A stretch of 21,915 nt of DNA, filler included, from an uncultured Thermoplasmatales archaeon (GTDB taxonomy: Archaea; Thermoplasmatota; E2; DHVEG-1): the NCBI GenBank assembly GCA_964517155.1. It is 2 parts of 2 records of this genome, joined end to end, with 100 filler letters (N's around TTAATTAATTAA, not from the genome) between each part and the next. Parts side by side here need not be neighbours in the genome. Positions count along the whole stretch, not along the records: positions 14,934 to 21,915 come from CAZFAZ010000091.1; 1 more part is not named here. One strand, written 5' to 3'. Shown here piece after piece: positions 17,292 to 21,915 of the stretch. The translations under genes and the position numbers were made by a program. The notes below the pieces were generated by a model, which worked only from the letters and a program-made list of their open reading frames with translations, did no database searches and had not been told where the DNA came from. Every line of letters starts with the position of its first letter. Position 1 is the first letter of the stretch.

Positions 17292-18239
17292 ATGCAAGAT
17301 ATAACTATTTCTTGTCCAAAATGTGAAAGTAAAAACATTGTTAAAAGAGGAAAAAGAGCAGGAAAATTTAAAGATAAACAACTATATGAGTGCAAAAAAT
17401 GCGGTAGAAGATTTACAGAGCCGTCACTAGAAAATATGATACATTCTCCAAAAGTAATCTATTATGCTTTGAACTGTTATCATGCTGGTTTAACATTTGA
17501 GCAGAGCAGTAAAAAAGTAAACAGAAAATTTAAGGTTAAGACAAGTAAAAGCACAATTCACTCTTGGATAAATATGTTTCAAAAATTTTGTCCTATATCT
17601 TTTATGAGGCCAAAGTTCCTAGATCATAAAGATGTTTTATTTACCAAGCGTTTTGAACATGAAAACCTTGATTATTTGTTCATGTATCACAGATATAAAA
17701 TAGAGGTTCTTGCAAGAAAGAATTTTTTAGGTTTAGCAAGATATATAACAAGTTTTGAGCACGGTTGTCCTGATGTATTCTTTGAAGTTGGAAAGCGCTG
17801 CTCAAAACCTATGTTTAAGGTAAAGGTAAAAACAAGACAGCAGTTTAATTTAGCCTGCAAAATGGCAGGTTTTGCAGTACAGGCTGCAGGTAATAATCTT
17901 CAGAGGCACAAAATTGTTGAAAGGTTTATGCTGATAAATGATGCGGCAACAGTAGCCTGCGAGGTTCCTGTATGGTATTGGGATAAAAAAATTGATACAG
18001 GAATCACAGGTCATATTGATATGATACAGGTGAGAAACGGTGTTGTTTATATCATGGATTACAAACCAAATGCATCAAAGGATAAAAACGCTGCGAATCA
18101 GCTGTATCATTATGCTTCTGCTTTGTCATATAGAACAAAGATTCCTTTGGATAAAATACGTTGTGCTTGGTTTGATGAAGAAGCGTATTTTGAGTACTCA
18201 CCACAGGATGCAAGTGTTAAAATAACGGCTGTGATCTAG
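17292..18239 (+). CDS. IS1/IS6-like Zn-finger + HTH fused to RecB-type PD-(D/E)XK nuclease
   Basis: CPKCESKNIVKRG...QLYECKKCGRRF; HTH ...SKSTIHSWI; nuclease motifs EVP, GHID, MDYK, QLYHY. ATG 17292 preferred over TTG 17244. Confidence 0.82.
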   Translation: MQDITISCPKCESKNIVKRGKRAGKFKDKQLYECKKCGRRFTEPSLENMIHSPKVIYYALNCYHAGLTFEQSSKKVNRKFKVKTSKSTIHSWINMFQKFCPISFMRPKFLDHKDVLFTKRFEHENLDYLFMYHRYKIEVLARKNFLGLARYITSFEHGCPDVFFEVGKRCSKPMFKVKVKTRQQFNLACKMAGFAVQAAGNNLQRHKIVERFMLINDAATVACEVPVWYWDKKIDTGITGHIDMIQVRNGVVYIMDYKPNASKDKNAANQLYHYASALSYRTKIPLDKIRCAWFDEEAYFEYSPQDASVKITAVI

Positions 18240-18321
18240 GTAATTAACATACGATTTATAGACTGCGGACTTATCTATAGTTTTTTTAGAGCCCTTCATA
18301 TCCTATATTTTTTATAAAATG

Positions 18322-18524
18322 GCGACATGGTTTAAAAAGCGACATGGTTTAAAATAAATTTTAAGATTTTAAGTTTACAGTATAGTAATTTAATATGTTA
18401 TATCTTATGTTATATATTATAATATCTCTTTCTTTCTCTTTTTACTTTATATATATTTATCTTATATATGTTTCACTTTAAATCTGTTAATCTGTTATGA
18501 ATTTTGGACTTATGAATTTTGGAC
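18322..18524. repeat. Cluster of short tandem duplications around an AT-rich tract
   Basis: GCGACATGGTTTAAAA x2 (18322, 18339), TATGTTATAT x2 (18394, 18406), AATCTGTT x2 (18481, 18489), TTATGAATTTTGGAC x2 (18495, 18510). Confidence 0.85.
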
Positions 18525-18529
18525 TTGGT

Positions 18530-18758
18530 ATGCTCGGCATATCAAACAAGGATTTTGCTTTGTATGAGCTGAGTTTTGAAAGAGGCATGACTCGAGTTCT
18601 GAACAAGAATTATGAAGCGTATGACCCGAGTATTGAACAAGAGTTATGCCCCGCATACCGAACGTAGATTTATATAGTGGGGGGAAATGTGCCCTGAGGA
18701 TTGAACGGAGTTGAGTGAGGGTTTTTTCTTCTGTTGAATGACCCGCATATTGGACGGG
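18530..18758 (+). repeat. Seven degenerate 21-bp direct repeats, consensus ~ATGACCCG(AG/CA)TATTGAAC(A/G)(A/G)G
   Basis: Copies start at 18530, 18564, 18587, 18621, 18646, 18689 and 18738, matching copy 4 at 13-18 of 21 positions by manual alignment. Confidence 0.75.
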
Positions 18759-18850
18759 GATGAGATGGGTTAAGCTTCTTTCATATTATGTGTGCCGATA
18801 TGCATGTAAATATGCAGTGGTATCTGTAACTATATCTGTTCCTAAGATAA

Positions 18851-18874
18851 GGAAAAACGCAACTTTTATAAATA
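18851..18874 (+). promoter_or_regulatory. Probable BRE/TATA promoter of the surface-protein gene
   Basis: Purine-rich GGAAAAACGCAAC followed by TTTTATAAATA (18864-18874), ~25 nt before the structured GC-richer leader. Confidence 0.6.
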
Positions 18875-18896
18875 AGGTAGTTATTTAGGGTGAAAT

Positions 18897-19004
18897 GAGG
18901 GTCCGGTGAGGACACGGATGCTGAAAGTTCAGTGAATTATTAGATATAATTATGGACTTTCTTATCAGTTCGCGGTGTGAATTGATGCCGTGCTGCTAGG
19001 GCCT
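18897..19004 (+). ncRNA. Candidate structured 5' leader / cis-regulatory RNA
   Basis: Manually found nested helices with G-U pairs: 18899-904/18999-19004, 18913-917/18988-992, hairpin 18923-961 and hairpin 18964-986. Confidence 0.5.
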
Positions 19005-19056
19005 AATTGTTTAGAGGAAAATATACAAAAACATAGAGATTTAGGAGGAAAATAAA

Positions 19057-21915
19057 ATGATGAATGAAAAGAAAAATAGGCTGATGTCTATACTAGTGAC
19101 AATGATTTTGCTTTTGTCATTTGTATCGATATTTGCCCCAACAATAGGTGCAACAACTCTAAAAGTTTCAAATGATGGGTCGATTTATGGCTTGTCACCT
19201 GGAGATGTAATAACTATTGAAGTAACTGATGGTACTTTAACAGAAGATGAAGAATATACTATTACTGTTTGGGATGGTACCCAGCATGTAGAATTAGGTG
19301 ATGGTACTGCAGATAGTAAAGGAGATTTATCTTTTGATATATATGTTCCCGGTTATCATGAACTCGGCCAGAATCCAATTGGTACTTGGAATCTTAGTCT
19401 ATGGGATGATTCAGATACATTAATAGATGAAATAGATATTACAATAACCAACTACTATAAAATAAAATATTTTGTAGATGGTGTAGAGCAAAATCATCTT
19501 TTATTCAACAAGTCTTATGATGATGCGGATTCTCCAAAGTTATCTTTTACAGTATATAACTGGACGGGTTCAAGTCATGTTGCAGTGAATGAAGAATTTA
19601 CATTTACATTATTTAATCCAGATGCAACTGAGAAAGATACACAAACGCCGGTACAAAAAACGTGGAATAGAGGAACAACCCTTGATTTTATTGAAGCAGG
19701 TGGGAACCGTGAAACAGTTTATTGGATAAATGCTACTAATATTGCTGATCCTACTAAATATGCAAATGCAACTGTTTTTGTCAAACCTACCGTTACAGTA
19801 ACCCGAAGTCCAAGTACTGTTTCTTGGGATGAGGATGATTTAAGTATCACAGTTAGGTTAACTGATGGCCAGGATAAAAGAATTGGCAATTATGGATGTG
19901 CTGTTTATGCACCAACCATAAATGGATATACACAGGCAGCTAGTGGTGTAACTAGTGCTACTAATTCAGAAGGTACTACGGGTGGTAGTGTAACTTTTAG
20001 TATAAATCAGAATTTGTATTCTGCAGGAAATTGGTACGTTGGTACATTTATTGAAGGTGCAAGTCATAGGATAGATGAAACAATGGATCTTAATATAGAT
20101 GATTTTATTTCTTACCATCCTTTCACAGTTGATAGTGATACATCAGCAAAAGTTGCCGTTGTAGAGCCTGATGAAGTTATAACTGGTTTTAATCAGTCAA
20201 TCAACATATCTGTTTATGATTCCTGGGATGAAGAATACTATGACGAAATGAATTTACATTTCACAGGTCTTGACTGTTATTACAATGGAACTGAATATAC
20301 TGATGATGATATTGTATATCTTGATACTGCAGAACTAAAAGGTTATTCTTCAAATGGCAAATATGCATATTATGAATTTTATATAATGTTTAACGAAACA
20401 GGAACAGGTACAATAATTGCAACTTGGGATTTAGACAACGCGCAGTATGAAGATAACGATAAGGATAATACAGATATGCAGGCAAACATAACTGGTCAAA
20501 CGTCTATAACAGTAGTTGCTGCAGATGATATCAACCTTATAATTTTAAGTCCACCATCTGCAGTTGTAGTTGATGATAGTGCTGATGAATGGATTAATGG
20601 CTCAAACCCAACTACTACAATAAAAATATACGAAGATACCCAAGATGAGCCACTAGATGCAGACATATATATAACTGGTTGCGGGCTTGATATAGAAATA
20701 GACCACGATGATACAGATTATAGAACAGCTCAGGGCGTATATGAAATAGATTTGGCACCAAAAACTCGTGGAACTTTGACAATTAGAGTAGTAAATGAAA
20801 CTGAGGAGCTTGAAACCTCAAAAGATTACTCTATTAGTGGATTAACGGGTTCAGTTACAACCTCAATCGGCGATGATCTGTTCTTTACTGCTGGTACGAC
20901 AGAAATAATTACAGTTGATGTAACTGGTGGAGATTATGCCGAAGTTCATGTAAGCTACTTTGACCGTGATTGGGCCAATGAGGAGCTTGTTAACGAATCT
21001 ATTGGAGATGGACAAACTTCTGGTGAAGGATTAAATGGAATATTTACTTTTACACCAGATGACGACTTCGTTGAAAATGTTGGATATCTAGTAGTAGCAG
21101 TATCAGCTGGAGGTCATTTTATGTATGATATCATAGAAATCGAAGCCGTGCATGATTTAGAAATTGATGTAATAACTCCAACTGAAGGAAATCAGACATT
21201 TACTGTTGGAATACCAACTGATATTAAATTACAAGTGCAAGATGGAAATGGAGACCCTGTAGATAATTGTGATTCTGTTGTAGGAGAAGTATTAGATGAC
21301 GAAGGTGAAGTTTTACAAGAATTCAGTTTTAGTACAACATCTGGTGATGGAATGTGGAAAGTGGATGACCAAGTTATATGGTGGCCTGGAACACTTCTCA
21401 TTACGGCTGTAAATAATACAGATGCGGCCGAGCATGATGGTAATGCATCCTTTGCAGTTGAATTAGCAGAAATAATATATTCACCAGCTTATACAACAGC
21501 AGGTATTGGATTAGAAAACCTTACCATAGCGGTAACTGGTGTTGATGCAAACGGCAATCCTTTAGATGAAGTAACACTGTATTTGTGGGCTGAAAATGCT
21601 AGTGGCGATCTTGATCTTGATAAGGAAGTTACATTAGATGAAGATGGTGTTGGAGAATTTGATATAGCGGTTGTTGGTGACCTTCAAACTCATATAAATG
21701 CAACATTGCAAAGTGGCAACACTTCAGTTGGTAACAGAACTCTTGGCAAGTTTAACATATACTTCCCAACGTTTGATTTAGATCCAGATACAATTTATCT
21801 AGGTCAATCAAACTCGGTTGGAATAACAGCAACTGATGCAGAAGGAAACGCAATTGAAGACATTTATCTAACCTTTGTTTCATCTATACCAGGTATTCTT
21901 GCTGCTCAACCAGAT
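19057..21915 (+). CDS. Large secreted acidic glycoprotein, probable S-layer/cell-surface protein (3' truncated; not in ORF track)
   Basis: AGGAGG RBS (19043-19048); MMNEKKNRLMSILVTMILLLSFVSIFAPTIGA signal peptide; frame open at every point checked up to the window end (953 codons); D/E/T/G/V-rich beta-strand pattern; many N-x-S/T sequons. Confidence 0.88.
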   Translation, partial: MMNEKKNRLMSILVTMILLLSFVSIFAPTIGATTLKVSNDGSIYGLSPGDVITIEVTDGTLTEDEEYTITVWDGTQHVELGDGTADSKGDLSFDIYVPGYHELGQNPIGTWNLSLWDDSDTLIDEIDITITNYYKIKYFVDGVEQNHLLFNKSYDDADSPKLSFTVYNWTGSSHVAVNEEFTFTLFNPDATEKDTQTPVQKTWNRGTTLDFIEAGGNRETVYWINATNIADPTKYANATVFVKPTVTVTRSPSTVSWDEDDLSITVRLTDGQDKRIGNYGCAVYAPTINGYTQAASGVTSATNSEGTTGGSVTFSINQNLYSAGNWYVGTFIEGASHRIDETMDLNIDDFISYHPFTVDSDTSAKVAVVEPDEVITGFNQSINISVYDSWDEEYYDEMNLHFTGLDCYYNGTEYTDDDIVYLDTAELKGYSSNGKYAYYEFYIMFNETGTGTIIATWDLDNAQYEDNDKDNTDMQANITGQTSITVVAADDINLIILSPPSAVVVDDSADEWINGSNPTTTIKIYEDTQDEPLDADIYITGCGLDIEIDHDDTDYRTAQGVYEIDLAPKTRGTLTIRVVNETEELETSKDYSISGLTGSVTTSIGDDLFFTAGTTEIITVDVTGGDYAEVHVSYFDRDWANEELVNESIGDGQTSGEGLNGIFTFTPDDDFVENVGYLVVAVSAGGHFMYDIIEIEAVHDLEIDVITPTEGNQTFTVGIPTDIKLQVQDGNGDPVDNCDSVVGEVLDDEGEVLQEFSFSTTSGDGMWKVDDQVIWWPGTLLITAVNNTDAAEHDGNASFAVELAEIIYSPAYTTAGIGLENLTIAVTGVDANGNPLDEVTLYLWAENASGDLDLDKEVTLDEDGVGEFDIAVVGDLQTHINATLQSGNTSVGNRTLGKFNIYFPTFDLDPDTIYLGQSNSVGITATDAEGNAIEDIYLTFVSSIPGILAAQPD

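Noticed and set aside
17292..18239. Intact IS1/IS6 insertion sequence
   Set aside because: No DDE catalytic domain or terminal inverted repeats found; the C-terminus is a PD-(D/E)XK nuclease.
18530..18758. CRISPR array, or TIGR/box C/D-type guide array (ATGA...(C/T)TGA pattern)
   Set aside because: Repeats are degenerate with gaps of only 2-28 nt; the segment between ATGA and TGA is conserved rather than variable; no cas or Nop-domain gene in the window.

Overview
AT-rich archaeal DNA, probably a Thermoplasmatota-like euryarchaeon (inferred from gene content, archaeal tRNA features, GGAGG/GGTGA ribosome-binding sites and TATA boxes). An artificial 100-nt linker (N44-TTAATTAATTAA-N44, 14834-14933) splits the window, so the two halves may not be neighbours in the genome. 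Left part, mostly minus strand: partial tRNA-Leu; two class III signal-peptide pilin-like genes, one with a vWA domain nested in a DUF11-like domain; tRNA-His; a zinc-ribbon membrane gene broken by an in-frame TAA; the HMG-CoA synthase/thiolase/DUF35/HTH mevalonate operon ending in a 48-aa 8-Cys microprotein; a protein of three 120-aa repeats; Lhr helicase; RHH protein; metallophosphoesterase; and NnrE-NnrD. Right part: intron-containing tRNA-Tyr; a small Zn protein; an AAA+ ATPase preceded by paired GTTAA-N6-TTAAC palindromes; an IS-type Zn-finger/HTH fused to a RecB-like PD-(D/E)XK nuclease; ~800 nt of non-coding DNA; and a large acidic secreted S-layer-like gene that runs off the window. 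The non-coding stretch holds short tandem duplications, an AT-rich tract, seven degenerate 21-bp direct repeats and a structured ~110-nt leader RNA. The best candidates for something undescribed are the nuclease plus repeat-array locus and the leader RNA. All functional ideas about them are inference.
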